Below, piece by piece: positions 18,991-27,555 of a stretch of DNA of 55,067 nucleotides. This DNA is from a virus. Lineage: Duplodnaviria > Caudoviricetes. Positions within the stretch are counted from its first letter, which is position 1, and each line of letters begins with the position of its first letter. The stretch lies in IMG/VR virus record IMGVR_UViG_3300027969_000130, positions 1-55,067 of that record; one strand, given 5' to 3'. Under the pieces are notes generated by a model that did not search any database, had not been told where the DNA came from, and saw only the letters and a program-made list of their open reading frames with translations. The position numbers were made by a program, and so were the translations under genes.

Positions 18991-21522
18991 TTATCTGCGT
19001 GGTGAGGGGTTTATTCCGGTGCCTGTTGACACCGAAAACTTTTCGCCTGTTGCTACCTCTAAGGCAGCAAGCTGCTTGGCTGTTTGGTTGTCTGACTCGT
19101 TCATCTCCAAGCGAGCCTCGATCTGGGCGCGAGTACGTTCGTCTTCTGCTTGTTGGCGCAGCTGCTCGATTTGAAGCTGGTTCTGCAACTCTTGGATGCG
19201 AGCTTGAATCTGAGCCTGTGTGTCTTGGCTGCGAGCCTGGATCTCGGCTTGTTTGAGCTGAGCATCTTGGGCAAGCTTGGCCTGCTGAGTTTGTGCCGTT
19301 GCCTGATCCTTGGCCTGCTGGTTCTGAAGTTGCTGCTGAGCAATCTGAACAGAAGGATCTTGTGGGGGCGGCGGCTGCATCTGCTGCAAGGTCTGAATAG
19401 CTTGCTCGATGATCTGCGGGATCTGACCAAAGGCTTCCTGGCTTTGCTTGGTCACGACCTGGCTGGTTGTTGCAAGCAGCTTGTCAAGCGATTGCTTCTC
19501 TTCCATCGTTGCATCTTTTTGGATCTCGCCAATGTCAACTTGAGCTGCGTCTGAAGCTTCTAGGTAGATCTGAGTTGCATACCACAGGACCATGTGCTCC
19601 TTGATGTGATCAAGCATGGCTGGAATGAATGCAGGACCGATGGCCTTGTTGTTGCCGAACATCGGATTGGTCAGGAAGTCAAGGTGAACCTGCAAGTGGG
19701 CCAGGTGATCTTGCTCAGGGAACGCGACGATTGGTCTGCGCATTGTTGCAGCGATGTTCTCGTTGACAGCATTCAGTTCCAATGGCTTAGGTGCTGGCAG
19801 CAGCAGGTCCTTACCTTGAGGAACCTTCAAGCGCTCAAGGAACATGATCTCAACCTTGCGGAGATCGTACAGCTGAGGCATCTCTTTGGCCCGCTGCATG
19901 ACGGCTTGTACTTGAGCAAACCGTTGCGCTTCACTAAAGATGTTGGGGTCACTGACTGGCACGACATTCATCGGGCCATCGAAGTCGCTGCGCTTGACCA
20001 GCAACTCGCCTGTCTCGTCGTAGACTTCGGCTTCGGTCAAATAGGTCTTGTTCAGGCGGAACAGCAGCTTCAGCACACGGCCCATGGAGTCATGCAAGCG
20101 AGCATGAATCGCCGAGAACACAACCATGCCTTGTTCCATACGAGCCAGGGTTGTGCCGACTGGTGTGTTGGCATTGCTGTCAGCCAAGTCTTCAAACGTT
20201 GTGCGGACCACGTTCTGGCTAGCATCAACCAAGAAGCCAAGCAACTGGAACAGGACTGCGCTTGGTGGGTTGTAAGGCATTGGCATGAGCATCTTGCGGA
20301 TGTCATCTTGGCCAAACGAACCTTCAATCTCTTTCACTTCTGTTGGATCAACACGGTCTGTCTGACCGCCTGTTCCTGACTTAAGCTTCAGCAAGCCTGG
20401 GAAGTTGTTGATGTGGGCAGAGTCAAGCAAAGCTCTCAATGCACCTGTTGCAGCGGCACTTAGACCGCCAATCATGTGTGTCAGGCCAATCGGATAAGCA
20501 CCACGCCAGGGCACAAATGGGAATTCAACCATCCACTGCATCTCTTGCTTGGTGTCGTCGTCTTCTTCCCAGTTGCGATAGATGGACAGCACGTTCTGAG
20601 TTGCCTTGTCCAAGCTGATGATGTATGGAGCCAAGCCGTATTCGTCACCGAAGTCATGAATGATGTAGCACTCGTAAGTTGTGCGCAGACCATCGATGTT
20701 GTAGCTGTCTGTCGTTCGGCCTTCAATCTTGTTGTTGGCCGTCTCGGCCTTTGACTCTGTTGGTGGCAGCGGACTGGCCATCAGGTCGACGTCCATGTAC
20801 ATGCCAGACTCAACACGCTTCTGATATTCGATGCGCGTCAAGTACTGCACATGAGTCTTGCGCTCGGCTGAATAGAAGTTAGTCGCTGCAAACGGCAGGT
20901 AGACATCGTCGATGGCGACGAACTGCGGCATTGGCCGCTTCTTGTTTGCATCCCAAGTGATCTTGAGATATTGACCGCCGCCCAATGGCAACTGTGTGGA
21001 CAGCTGCTCAAGCTCAGACCTAAACTCAGGCATCTGTTCCGTCATTTGCCAGTTCATGAACTTGACAAGACGTTCTGCTTTTTCTTGCTTCTCGAGGGTT
21101 TGCTCACCGATGATCTTGTCTTTGGCTGGACCATCAGGTGGGAAGAGTTCCTTCATGACGCGGGCTGAGAAGTCCACGCATCCTTGAGTCAGCATTGGGT
21201 GCACGACCTTGCTGGCTCCGGTAAACGATGCGCCGCCTGGGGCATCATCACCAAGGCCTGTACGACGCAGACCTTCTTCATACTGTTCATCCCGCTTCTT
21301 GCGGGCTTCTTTGTCTTTTTCTAAGATGTCGCAGAGTTCTGAGCCAAGGTTCGATAGTTCCCAACTGGGCATTGTCTCAGCAAGGTTGGCATAAAACTCT
21401 GAGTCGGCTGGTGTTGGTGAGTCATCAAGCGTAACCATTGCACCACCGTCATCGGTGTCACGGACCTTGGAGTCGTCCTCAACCTCGTACATCTCGCCGT
21501 ATTCTTGTTCGTTTTCAGCCAT
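18991..21522 (-). CDS. Portal protein
   Basis: 843 aa directly after TerL; GASKVVHPML, PVGTTLARMEQG, VPVSDPNIFS motifs; Gln-rich C-terminal barrel as in P22-type portals. Confidence 0.85.
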   Translation of the reverse strand: MAENEQEYGEMYEVEDDSKVRDTDDGGAMVTLDDSPTPADSEFYANLAETMPSWELSNLGSELCDILEKDKEARKKRDEQYEEGLRRTGLGDDAPGGASFTGASKVVHPMLTQGCVDFSARVMKELFPPDGPAKDKIIGEQTLEKQEKAERLVKFMNWQMTEQMPEFRSELEQLSTQLPLGGGQYLKITWDANKKRPMPQFVAIDDVYLPFAATNFYSAERKTHVQYLTRIEYQKRVESGMYMDVDLMASPLPPTESKAETANNKIEGRTTDSYNIDGLRTTYECYIIHDFGDEYGLAPYIISLDKATQNVLSIYRNWEEDDDTKQEMQWMVEFPFVPWRGAYPIGLTHMIGGLSAAATGALRALLDSAHINNFPGLLKLKSGTGGQTDRVDPTEVKEIEGSFGQDDIRKMLMPMPYNPPSAVLFQLLGFLVDASQNVVRTTFEDLADSNANTPVGTTLARMEQGMVVFSAIHARLHDSMGRVLKLLFRLNKTYLTEAEVYDETGELLVKRSDFDGPMNVVPVSDPNIFSEAQRFAQVQAVMQRAKEMPQLYDLRKVEIMFLERLKVPQGKDLLLPAPKPLELNAVNENIAATMRRPIVAFPEQDHLAHLQVHLDFLTNPMFGNNKAIGPAFIPAMLDHIKEHMVLWYATQIYLEASDAAQVDIGEIQKDATMEEKQSLDKLLATTSQVVTKQSQEAFGQIPQIIEQAIQTLQQMQPPPPQDPSVQIAQQQLQNQQAKDQATAQTQQAKLAQDAQLKQAEIQARSQDTQAQIQARIQELQNQLQIEQLRQQAEDERTRAQIEARLEMNESDNQTAKQLAALEVATGEKFSVSTGTGINPSPRR

Positions 21523-21534
21523 TCAATACTCCGG

Positions 21535-23010
21535 TTAGATCGCGTATGGGTTCACAGGCTTCGGCCTATGTTCCCGTTCAACTCTGTCTTCAGCTTTCCT
21601 GGTGACTGAGAGACTGTTGCGATCGGCAAGCAATCGGAGTGCTTGAGTCGTTGAGTCCACAAAGTCGTCATGCTTTATTGATCCTTCACCATGAAAGCTG
21701 CACAGCTGCGAGATTAAAGGGTCAGCCCAGGAACGAGGATTCCCAGGCCGTTTATCAGATTCTACCACCCAAATGAATCCGTGTGCAAATAAATGCGAGA
21801 CCGCGTGCAGCCGTTGGAGCTTATCCGCGCGGCCAGGATTGTAGGGGTATGCCAGGATGTCTTCGCGGGCCAGCATCTGACGCAGACTGATTCCTGATCC
21901 TTTGTCCTCGATGATCATCAGGTCTGGTGACTTGCCACCGAACATCGATTGCTTTGGGCCAATCAGCGGCTTGATCATGGGCCTAAAGTCCTCATCGCCG
22001 TACCTGACAACCCATTCTTTCTTGACCCGTTCGATCAAGGCCGGCAGCCCAAGATGGTCCTGCCAGCAGTCAAGTAGAAGGAACGCGGGCTTTTTCTCGT
22101 GCCGGAATACGCCCCAGACTGAGCAGGCAGTGGGGTCGGGATCGTGGCTCTTGCGGTCAATCGACTTCTCGGTGAACGCCGTATCAAGGCTCATGACTAT
22201 GTAGTCAAGAGGCGGCAAAGCTTTTTCTGCGGGCCAAAGTTTGAACCAGCTTCGCTTGATGATGCCGGTCTCTTCGGGGTCAATAACTTCGGCGTGGATC
22301 TCTTGTCGTCCGAGTTGCGTGCCTTCGTACTGTGTGATCTCAGCAAGGAAGGACTTGGCAAGGTTTGCAGCGTTGTCATAGGTGGATCCCCTGGTGATGT
22401 GAATTCGGCTGGACTTCTTTTCCGCGTCTTTGATAAGCTTGCGGACCAAGTCAATAGGCTTTGGGGTTGTCGTGATGATGACCCGTGGATCATCGCCCAA
22501 GCGCAAACCGAATTTCATCATGTCCCATGTCTCGTCGACGTACTGCCAAGCAGCCAGCTCATCGCACCAGACTCGATGAAACTGTGGACCGCGCAAACGA
22601 CTTGGCTCCTCAGCCGAGAAGCCTCGGATCGATGACCCGTTCTTCAGGGTGATCTCGCCAATGGATCTGTTGTAGTTGTCAATCAGGTAGTGAGGGACCA
22701 CGTTCATGATACCAGACTCACCCTCAAAGCAAACGCCTCTGATGTCACCTGATGTTGGTGCAATGACCCCACAGCGAACGCCAGGGTTGTCGGCAGCATA
22801 GTTGCCAATGTCCTCGGCTCCTGTCCTGGTCTTACCAAAACCACGTCCTGCGAGGATTAGCCAAACGCCCCAATCACCATCAGGCGTCATCTGCTGCTCA
22901 CGAGCAGTGGCTTTCCATTTGAGCTTCCAAGCAAGATGAGCTAAGTCCTCCAGGTCCAGCACCGCAAGGTTAGACTGGATGGTGGTTAGCTCGGCCTTGG
23001 ATAGGATCAT
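21535..23010 (-). CDS. terL: Terminase large subunit
   Basis: Walker A AGRGFGKT, LRGPQF, Walker B WCDE, TTTP coupling motif; nuclease DTA, IEDKGSG, HDDFVDS. Confidence 0.95.
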   Translation of the reverse strand: MILSKAELTTIQSNLAVLDLEDLAHLAWKLKWKATAREQQMTPDGDWGVWLILAGRGFGKTRTGAEDIGNYAADNPGVRCGVIAPTSGDIRGVCFEGESGIMNVVPHYLIDNYNRSIGEITLKNGSSIRGFSAEEPSRLRGPQFHRVWCDELAAWQYVDETWDMMKFGLRLGDDPRVIITTTPKPIDLVRKLIKDAEKKSSRIHITRGSTYDNAANLAKSFLAEITQYEGTQLGRQEIHAEVIDPEETGIIKRSWFKLWPAEKALPPLDYIVMSLDTAFTEKSIDRKSHDPDPTACSVWGVFRHEKKPAFLLLDCWQDHLGLPALIERVKKEWVVRYGDEDFRPMIKPLIGPKQSMFGGKSPDLMIIEDKGSGISLRQMLAREDILAYPYNPGRADKLQRLHAVSHLFAHGFIWVVESDKRPGNPRSWADPLISQLCSFHGEGSIKHDDFVDSTTQALRLLADRNSLSVTRKAEDRVEREHRPKPVNPYAI

Positions 23011-23333
23011 TTGCCGCCGGCGTTCAGTCGACCAATGAGGTCGGTGATCTGACCAACAAGCTCGAGCCTTGCTTCAATGGGACCTCCATCAGGTCCAGTG
23101 ATCTCAACGGACTTCTTCTTGGCGTGACCATACTGAACCAATTCCTTCAAGCAATCCTTACGGACCAAGAGGTCGTGATTTGGGTTGAAAGCCATCTCTG
23201 CCAATGCCTCGAGAGGATCTCCGTGCTTCTCGACGATGCGGTCGAAGATCTCTTGACGCTCAACGTTGCGCTTATTGGGCGTTCCAGCCTTGCGGCCGGA
23301 TCCAGTAGGTTTCTCACCTTTCTTGAATGCCAT
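23007..23333 (-). CDS. terS: Terminase small subunit (probable)
   Basis: Start MAFKKGEK with AAGGAG RBS; GRKAGTPNK and EITGPDGGPI motifs; ATGA-coupled to TerL. Confidence 0.75.
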   Translation of the reverse strand: MAFKKGEKPTGSGRKAGTPNKRNVERQEIFDRIVEKHGDPLEALAEMAFNPNHDLLVRKDCLKELVQYGHAKKKSVEITGPDGGPIEARLELVGQITDLIGRLNAGGK

Positions 23334-23363
23334 TGCAGTGCTCCTTGATTCTATGTTCCTTCT

Positions 23364-23393
23364 ATTGTAGACCGAACTGCGGGATCGCGTAAA
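23364..23393 (-). promoter_or_regulatory. Putative sigma70-type late promoter upstream of terS
   Basis: Minus strand TTTACG/TTACGC-N17/18-TACAAT about 30 nt upstream of the terS ATG. Confidence 0.4.
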
Positions 23394-23400
23394 CAAGGGC

Positions 23401-23571
23401 CTCAAAAACGCTATAGAGTGTTTTCTAGTCGTTAACAGAGTGTATTGATACATTTAAAAACTATTTATACTATCGTTCGTTCGTCTTCAAAAGAGGAGAT
23501 CCCCGTGTCTGCTAAAAGGTTGTATTGATACACTCTGTTATGGGTAAAAATATCATCTATAGCTTTTTTGG
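23401..23571. repeat. Palindromic element A (about 44-bp imperfect inverted arms; homologue of element B)
   Basis: Left arm CTATAGAGTG...TAACAGAGTGTA (23401-23444), right arm TACACTCTGTTA...CATCTATAG (23529-23571); AT-rich core. Confidence 0.8.
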
Positions 23572-23590
23572 TCTCCCTGACTCCCGAACA

Positions 23591-23620
23591 TAGCATAACT
23601 TGCACAGAATGCTGTATAAT
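23591..23620 (+). promoter_or_regulatory. Putative promoter for the plus-strand two-gene unit
   Basis: Perfect TATAAT at 23615-23620, weak -35; RBS AAAGGAG downstream. Confidence 0.45.
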
Positions 23621-23653
23621 CTAACTTCAACCACTTAGAAAGGAGAAAGCGCC

Positions 23654-23740
23654 ATGTTTGACCACTTAACAGAGTACCAAAAGAGGTTTTACAACCTCAT
23701 AAAATCGATCCAGTCCTTTTTCAACAGATTTAAAAAGTAA
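23654..23740 (+). CDS. 28-aa cationic amphipathic peptide (not in ORF track)
   Basis: AAAGGAG RBS, MFDHLTEYQKRFYNLIKSIQSFFNRFKK*. Confidence 0.5.
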   Translation: MFDHLTEYQKRFYNLIKSIQSFFNRFKK

Positions 23741-23753
23741 AGGAAACTCAATC

Positions 23754-24194
23754 ATGAGCAGACCAATCGAAGCAACATCGCCCTTAGACCTTGATACGGT
23801 CAAGATCATCGTATGGGCCAGCGAGTATGGAACAGGGCAGCCGAACATCAGTCGGTTGTACGACAAGGAAGCCGACGATGGTTTAGACCTTAGTCGCGGT
23901 ACCTTCTTCAATGCCGTCAAGGGACGTAAGGTCACGCAGCAAGTCATTGACAAGATCGATGAGTTGATTGCTATCAGGGGCTGGAGGTCCAAGTGGCTTG
24001 AGCATTGCCGTGAAGAGCACAAGAAGCGCGTCATCCGGGCATTTGAAAGTCCACCGGCTTTTTGCTCGGTGTGCGGACACGGCTGTCCCAACTGCGGCTC
24101 GTCTAAGTCCGAGCAACGTCGGAAGGCCGTCTTCAACTACCTCAGGATGGACCCAACAGACCTTGGATGCAAGGTGCGTGATCACGAGGAATAA
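23754..24194 (+). CDS. Putative transcriptional regulator (HTH-like plus Cys4 Zn ribbon)
   Basis: AAGGA RBS; LSRGTFFNAVKGRKV XRE-like recognition helix; CSVCGHGCPNCG; one of few plus-strand genes; ends at a terminator. Confidence 0.55.
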   Translation: MSRPIEATSPLDLDTVKIIVWASEYGTGQPNISRLYDKEADDGLDLSRGTFFNAVKGRKVTQQVIDKIDELIAIRGWRSKWLEHCREEHKKRVIRAFESPPAFCSVCGHGCPNCGSSKSEQRRKAVFNYLRMDPTDLGCKVRDHEE

Positions 24195-24220
24195 AAAAAG
24201 AGGGCTCAAAGGCCCTCTTA
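24193..24220. terminator. Terminator between convergent units
   Basis: AAAAAAAGAGGGC-TCAAAG-GCCCTCTT; U-tract on the minus strand. Confidence 0.75.
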
Positions 24221-24241
24221 AACTATGGCAACCGGCAACTG

Positions 24242-24517
24242 CTATTGTCGGCTGTTCATTGTAGCGTCTCTGAGAGCAGATGTCAAGACTTCTACATCCA
24301 TCTTGAGCTTTCTGTTCTCAACTTCCATATTACCTAGTAGAAGATCTAGCTCCCTGGCGTCAGTGGATAGCTTCCTGCTGCGCAGTTCGTGGAGTTCATC
24401 CATTATGGCGTTGAGATCCTTCTTGTTCACAATGACATAGTCATCAGTCGCGTTAATCTCCGTGCTGCTAACCTCCTCAGGCTTATGGCCTAGGATTTTC
24501 TTGATCCAAGTCTTCAT
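24242..24517 (-). CDS. Hypothetical coiled-coil protein
   Basis: Likely start MKTWIKK with GAGGAGG RBS. Confidence 0.55.
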   Translation of the reverse strand: MKTWIKKILGHKPEEVSSTEINATDDYVIVNKKDLNAIMDELHELRSRKLSTDARELDLLLGNMEVENRKLKMDVEVLTSALRDATMNSRQ

Positions 24518-24713
24518 CGTCTTCCTCCTCAGGTAGTTCGTCAAGCAGTTCTTCTTCGCAGCAATCACTAACCTCCACAAGCTGGATGTCCACGCCAGTG
24601 GCTCCCCAATACTCGTAGCTGCCGATTCCTTCGTCAATTGTAATGGTCCCGCATTCCTGCAGGCAATGTGCGCAGTACTTTTCCATGATCTGTCGTTTCC
24701 TCCAGCCGCTCAT
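24483..24713 (-). CDS. Small Zn-ribbon-like acidic protein
   Basis: CAHC...GIGSYEYWG...SDCC; ATGA-coupled to upstream gene. Confidence 0.6.
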   Translation of the reverse strand: MSGWRKRQIMEKYCAHCLQECGTITIDEGIGSYEYWGATGVDIQLVEVSDCCEEELLDELPEEEDDEDLDQENPRP

Positions 24714-25021
24714 AGTTCTTCTTCGAAGTGGCGCTCCAGTCCGTGCGCCCTGACGAAGCCCATGTAGTCATACGAAGTGAAGCCAACTCTATTAAAGCCA
24801 CCGACCACGGCCGTTGTGAATAGCATCATGATCCAGCCAGCTTCTTGCCCCGTCATATCTTCTTTCGGGGCAAACTTAAAGTACCGCGTGCCTTCATACA
24901 CTTTTAGATCTCCAACTGGCAGCTTGGTTTCTGTAAAGGTATAAGTCTTGCTGCTTTGTGCAGTCATCTTGACCAAGTCATCTGCTGACAGTCCGTTGAA
25001 TCCATCTTCTATGCTCATCAT
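24710..25021 (-). CDS. Hypothetical protein
   Basis: Start at 25021 forms an ATGA overlap with the upstream membrane peptide. Confidence 0.6.
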   Translation of the reverse strand: MMSIEDGFNGLSADDLVKMTAQSSKTYTFTETKLPVGDLKVYEGTRYFKFAPKEDMTGQEAGWIMMLFTTAVVGGFNRVGFTSYDYMGFVRAHGLERHFEEEL

Positions 25022-25164
25022 AAGTCCTTGTAAATAGCCCAAATGCTCCAAAGGAGCAAACAAATACCGACTGCTGCCAGCCAGTGCGTATGGAGGATCC
25101 AGCCATCTGCTAAGACAGCGACCCATCCAAGTCCGTTCAAGACACCGTGCTGGAAGACATTCAT
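25018..25164 (-). CDS. 48-aa membrane peptide (not in ORF track)
   Basis: MNVFQHGVLNGLGWVAVLADGWILHTHWLAAVGICLLLWSIWAIYKDL; ATGA overlaps at both ends. Confidence 0.6.
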   Translation of the reverse strand: MNVFQHGVLNGLGWVAVLADGWILHTHWLAAVGICLLLWSIWAIYKDL

Positions 25165-25331
25165 CGGTTGATGAACAGGCATTCATGCTGGTGCCTGATC
25201 CCCTTAGAGTCTACATAAGTCTCGCCGCAGCCAGCCGACCATTCAAGCATCATGAAGACCATGAAGCCAATAAAGATCAGGCCAATGATGGCTTGCAGCA
25301 GCCATGCCCCAAACATTTTCAAGTATTTCAT
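25161..25331 (-). CDS. 56-aa membrane peptide (not in ORF track)
   Basis: MKYLKMFGAWLLQAIIGLIFIGFMVFMMLEWSAGCGE...HECLFINR; AAGGAG RBS; ATGA overlaps at both ends. Confidence 0.65.
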   Translation of the reverse strand: MKYLKMFGAWLLQAIIGLIFIGFMVFMMLEWSAGCGETYVDSKGIRHQHECLFINR

Positions 25332-26098
25332 GCTGTCTCCTTGTGAAAAACTACTTTCAACAGATGCTTCAACTCGCTGACACCGCCATTGCAGTAATGC
25401 AGGTTGGGATGCTTGCGGTACTTACCTTGCACAGAATGGTTGATGAACTTAGTCATAAGGAACGTATGGTCCTTGTTGAATGTATAGTGGCTCAGGGCTT
25501 GTTCTGCCGTGACAAATGTGTAGTCAAGGTCAGGCTTGAAGGTCTTGATGGCCTCCATTTGGCAGCCATTCAATCCAACGACCAGAACAGTCGGACGCTT
25601 CTTGACCGGTGGCTTACGGATCGTGAGCTTCTCAAGATGAGCATCTAGCCAACCTCTTTCAAGTATTGGCTGCGTTTGCTCAACCTTGGGCTCTGGCTGC
25701 TCAACCTTGGGCTCTGGCTGCTCAACCTGCTGCTTAGCTGCTATCATCTTGTCCATGATCCGGTCAGCCAGTGCATCAATGAACAGTTCAAATACATCTC
25801 CAAGCGTGTCTATTTTACGGACTGGCTCCGGCGTAGGCTCAGGCAGCGGTGCAGCAACCGGCTTTGGCTTGCTTGTCTTGGCGCGATGCTCTTCAGCCTT
25901 GGCACGAGCCGACTCGATCAAGGTCTTGTAGTTGAAGACACGTTGGTCGGTAATCTTTGACCGCCGCTCGTAAGGTATGACCTCCTCTTGTGCGTTAAGC
26001 AGCAAGCCTTTGCTGGTCATCATTGGCGTCACGTAGCAGATGTCGATCATGCAGTCGTGAAGCGCGCGCTTTTCTTCTTTTGTCCAAACGATTCTCAT
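25328..26098 (-). CDS. Hypothetical two-domain early protein (C-terminal small Rossmannoid, DUF2325-like)
   Basis: Pro/Glu linker; C-terminal TVLVVG...FLMTKFINHS...GGVSELK. Confidence 0.6.
   Translation of the reverse strand: MRIVWTKEEKRALHDCMIDICYVTPMMTSKGLLLNAQEEVIPYERRSKITDQRVFNYKTLIESARAKAEEHRAKTSKPKPVAAPLPEPTPEPVRKIDTLGDVFELFIDALADRIMDKMIAAKQQVEQPEPKVEQPEPKVEQTQPILERGWLDAHLEKLTIRKPPVKKRPTVLVVGLNGCQMEAIKTFKPDLDYTFVTAEQALSHYTFNKDHTFLMTKFINHSVQGKYRKHPNLHYCNGGVSELKHLLKVVFHKETA
25677..25728. repeat. In-frame 21-bp tandem repeat (2.5 copies)
   Basis: TGCTCAACCTTGGGCTCTGGC x2 plus partial; encodes VEQPEPK units. Confidence 0.9.
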
Positions 26099-26475
26099 GC
26101 TGTCTCCAATTTTCTAAAGTAACCATAGGGAAGGCCAAGGCAATAGCAAAGATATTCATCGTCGCCATTGGTTTTTTCAGCCTCGTGGAACCAACGGATC
26201 GCTGCCTCGCGATCATTAGCTCCCATCGTGATGAAAGACTTGACTTGCTCTTCGAAGCGAGCGACTGCGGCAGCTTCTGCCTGCTTGCGCTGCTGGTACT
26301 CTTCTTCGATGATCTTGCCAAGGCGATCAAACTCTGCATCAAAGGCAGCCAGTGTCCAGCTGCTTGTGTCAATACCGCGTGGACGGTGGCCATAGGCGTC
26401 CTTGTACATGTCCCAATAGGTGCACTGCGCTTGCTCCAAGGGAGACATGTCCTCCCAGCTTGTTAGTTCGGTCAT
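26095..26475 (-). CDS. Hypothetical early protein
   Basis: DMYKDAYGHRPRG...GANDREAAIRW...GLPYGYF; RBS AAAGGA. Confidence 0.7.
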   Translation of the reverse strand: MTELTSWEDMSPLEQAQCTYWDMYKDAYGHRPRGIDTSSWTLAAFDAEFDRLGKIIEEEYQQRKQAEAAAVARFEEQVKSFITMGANDREAAIRWFHEAEKTNGDDEYLCYCLGLPYGYFRKLETA

Positions 26476-26477
26476 GA

Positions 26478-26687
26478 TTATCCTTTCAGGTAGAAGCCGT
26501 TGAGTTGGTCTGCAGAGTCGTAGAACGCCTCCTTTGATTCGTAGAGGCCGGCGTACTCGTCGCTGATGACAAGGACGTTGCCGTTACGCAACTGAATGAA
26601 GTCAAGCATGTTTCCACCGCCAGAATTCTCAGTCTCGATAGACACGACGTTGGTGCCGTCAATGATGTTGCTTAGTTCTAGTTTCAT
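26478..26687 (-). CDS. Hypothetical early protein
   Basis: GAGG RBS, tightly packed in operon. Confidence 0.6.
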   Translation of the reverse strand: MKLELSNIIDGTNVVSIETENSGGGNMLDFIQLRNGNVLVISDEYAGLYESKEAFYDSADQLNGFYLKG

Positions 26688-26689
26688 GA

Positions 26690-26863
26690 TTAGATTTCCT
26701 CTTGCTGCACGACGATCTTGTAGCCAAGAGCTTTGATCGAGTTGATGGTAGTTGGCTTGAGAGTCTTGGCGCCAGCGATGTCGGCGAAGATCTGAGCAGT
26801 CTCGCAGACTGGATAGACGGTCTTTGCGCCGTAGACGGATGTGATGCGGACGATGATTTCCAT
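26690..26863 (-). CDS. 57-aa hypothetical early protein (not in ORF track)
   Basis: AAGGAG RBS; MEIIVRITSVYGAKTVYPVC...LGYKIVVQQEEI. Confidence 0.65.
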   Translation of the reverse strand: MEIIVRITSVYGAKTVYPVCETAQIFADIAGAKTLKPTTINSIKALGYKIVVQQEEI

Positions 26864-26873
26864 GATCATCTCC

Positions 26874-27056
26874 TTAAGCAGCAGCTTTTTGTTGTTGCAC
26901 GACGAGCTTGAAGCACTCTTTCATGCAAGCGTTGAATGCACGTTGCGAGCATTCGCTGTAGTCGAGACCGGAGCAATCCATCTCGTATTGAATCTTGAGT
27001 GCGGTGTCTGCATCGACCTTGCACTTTTCCATAATTTCACGAGTAACGTAGTTCAT
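26874..27056 (-). CDS. First gene of leftward early operon, hypothetical
   Basis: Start MNYVTRE after AGAAAGAAGAAAGGT leader shared with the DUF932 gene. Confidence 0.65.
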   Translation of the reverse strand: MNYVTREIMEKCKVDADTALKIQYEMDCSGLDYSECSQRAFNACMKECFKLVVQQQKAAA

Positions 27057-27108
27057 GATGTAACCTTTCTTCTTTCTTAGCGCGGCGAGATTGCCGTGCA
27101 TGATTAGT

Positions 27109-27138
27109 ATTCTAGTGCGAAACTACGCACTGCGCGCA
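27109..27138 (-). promoter_or_regulatory. Early promoter P1: TGCGCGC-N17-TAGAAT
   Basis: Same architecture as P2 and P3; AT-rich upstream tract; dyad in spacer. Confidence 0.65.
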
Positions 27139-27310
27139 TTCCTCTAAAAATATTTACTGGGACATGTACTAGCATCTAGAAGCTCATGTGTCGTTGGCCT
27201 AAGTGTTTCTATTAGGAACCAATTCTATGAGCCCAGAGGATCACCTGGTGAGCTTGTGGCATGTTCTTGTGTCCTACCATAAACTTAAAAATGGATGTTG
27301 TAAACTTATT

Positions 27311-27340
27311 TGCGCGCACTGCTGCACTACGAAGTAGAAT
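27311..27340 (+). promoter_or_regulatory. Early promoter P3: TGCGCGC-N17-TAGAAT
   Basis: Divergent from P1; followed by AAAGGAG RBS and ATG at 27364. Confidence 0.6.
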
Positions 27341-27363
27341 ACTCCATTGAAAGGAGCTTCCCC

Positions 27364-27555
27364 ATGCGAGTAACTGTAGCTAAAAAGATTGCCCAAGAGA
27401 ACGGAATGTCCTTGGAGTACAACAACGACATGCGTCTATACATCCTAAAGGACCAAGAACAAGGATGGCCCGACCAGTTCTTCCCTGGCAGTGCGCTGCG
27501 TACGATGGACAACGACATCTTCATGTCCTTCTTCCTTCGGATCAAGGCCGACTAA
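27364..27555 (+). CDS. Small hypothetical protein (63 aa)
   Basis: Own promoter and RBS; converges on the helicase stop. Confidence 0.6.
   Translation: MRVTVAKKIAQENGMSLEYNNDMRLYILKDQEQGWPDQFFPGSALRTMDNDIFMSFFLRIKAD

Noticed and set aside
23401-23571. CRISPR array or MITE/IS ends
   Set aside because: Arms are inverted rather than regularly spaced direct repeats; no cas or transposase genes and no target-site duplication seen.
25022-25186. N-terminal extension of ORF 24710-25186
   Set aside because: Better explained by an ATGA-coupled 48-aa membrane peptide in another frame.
27160-27266. Hammerhead ribozyme (CTGGTGAG resembles the core)
   Set aside because: Does not match CUGANGA and lacks a suitably placed GAAA.
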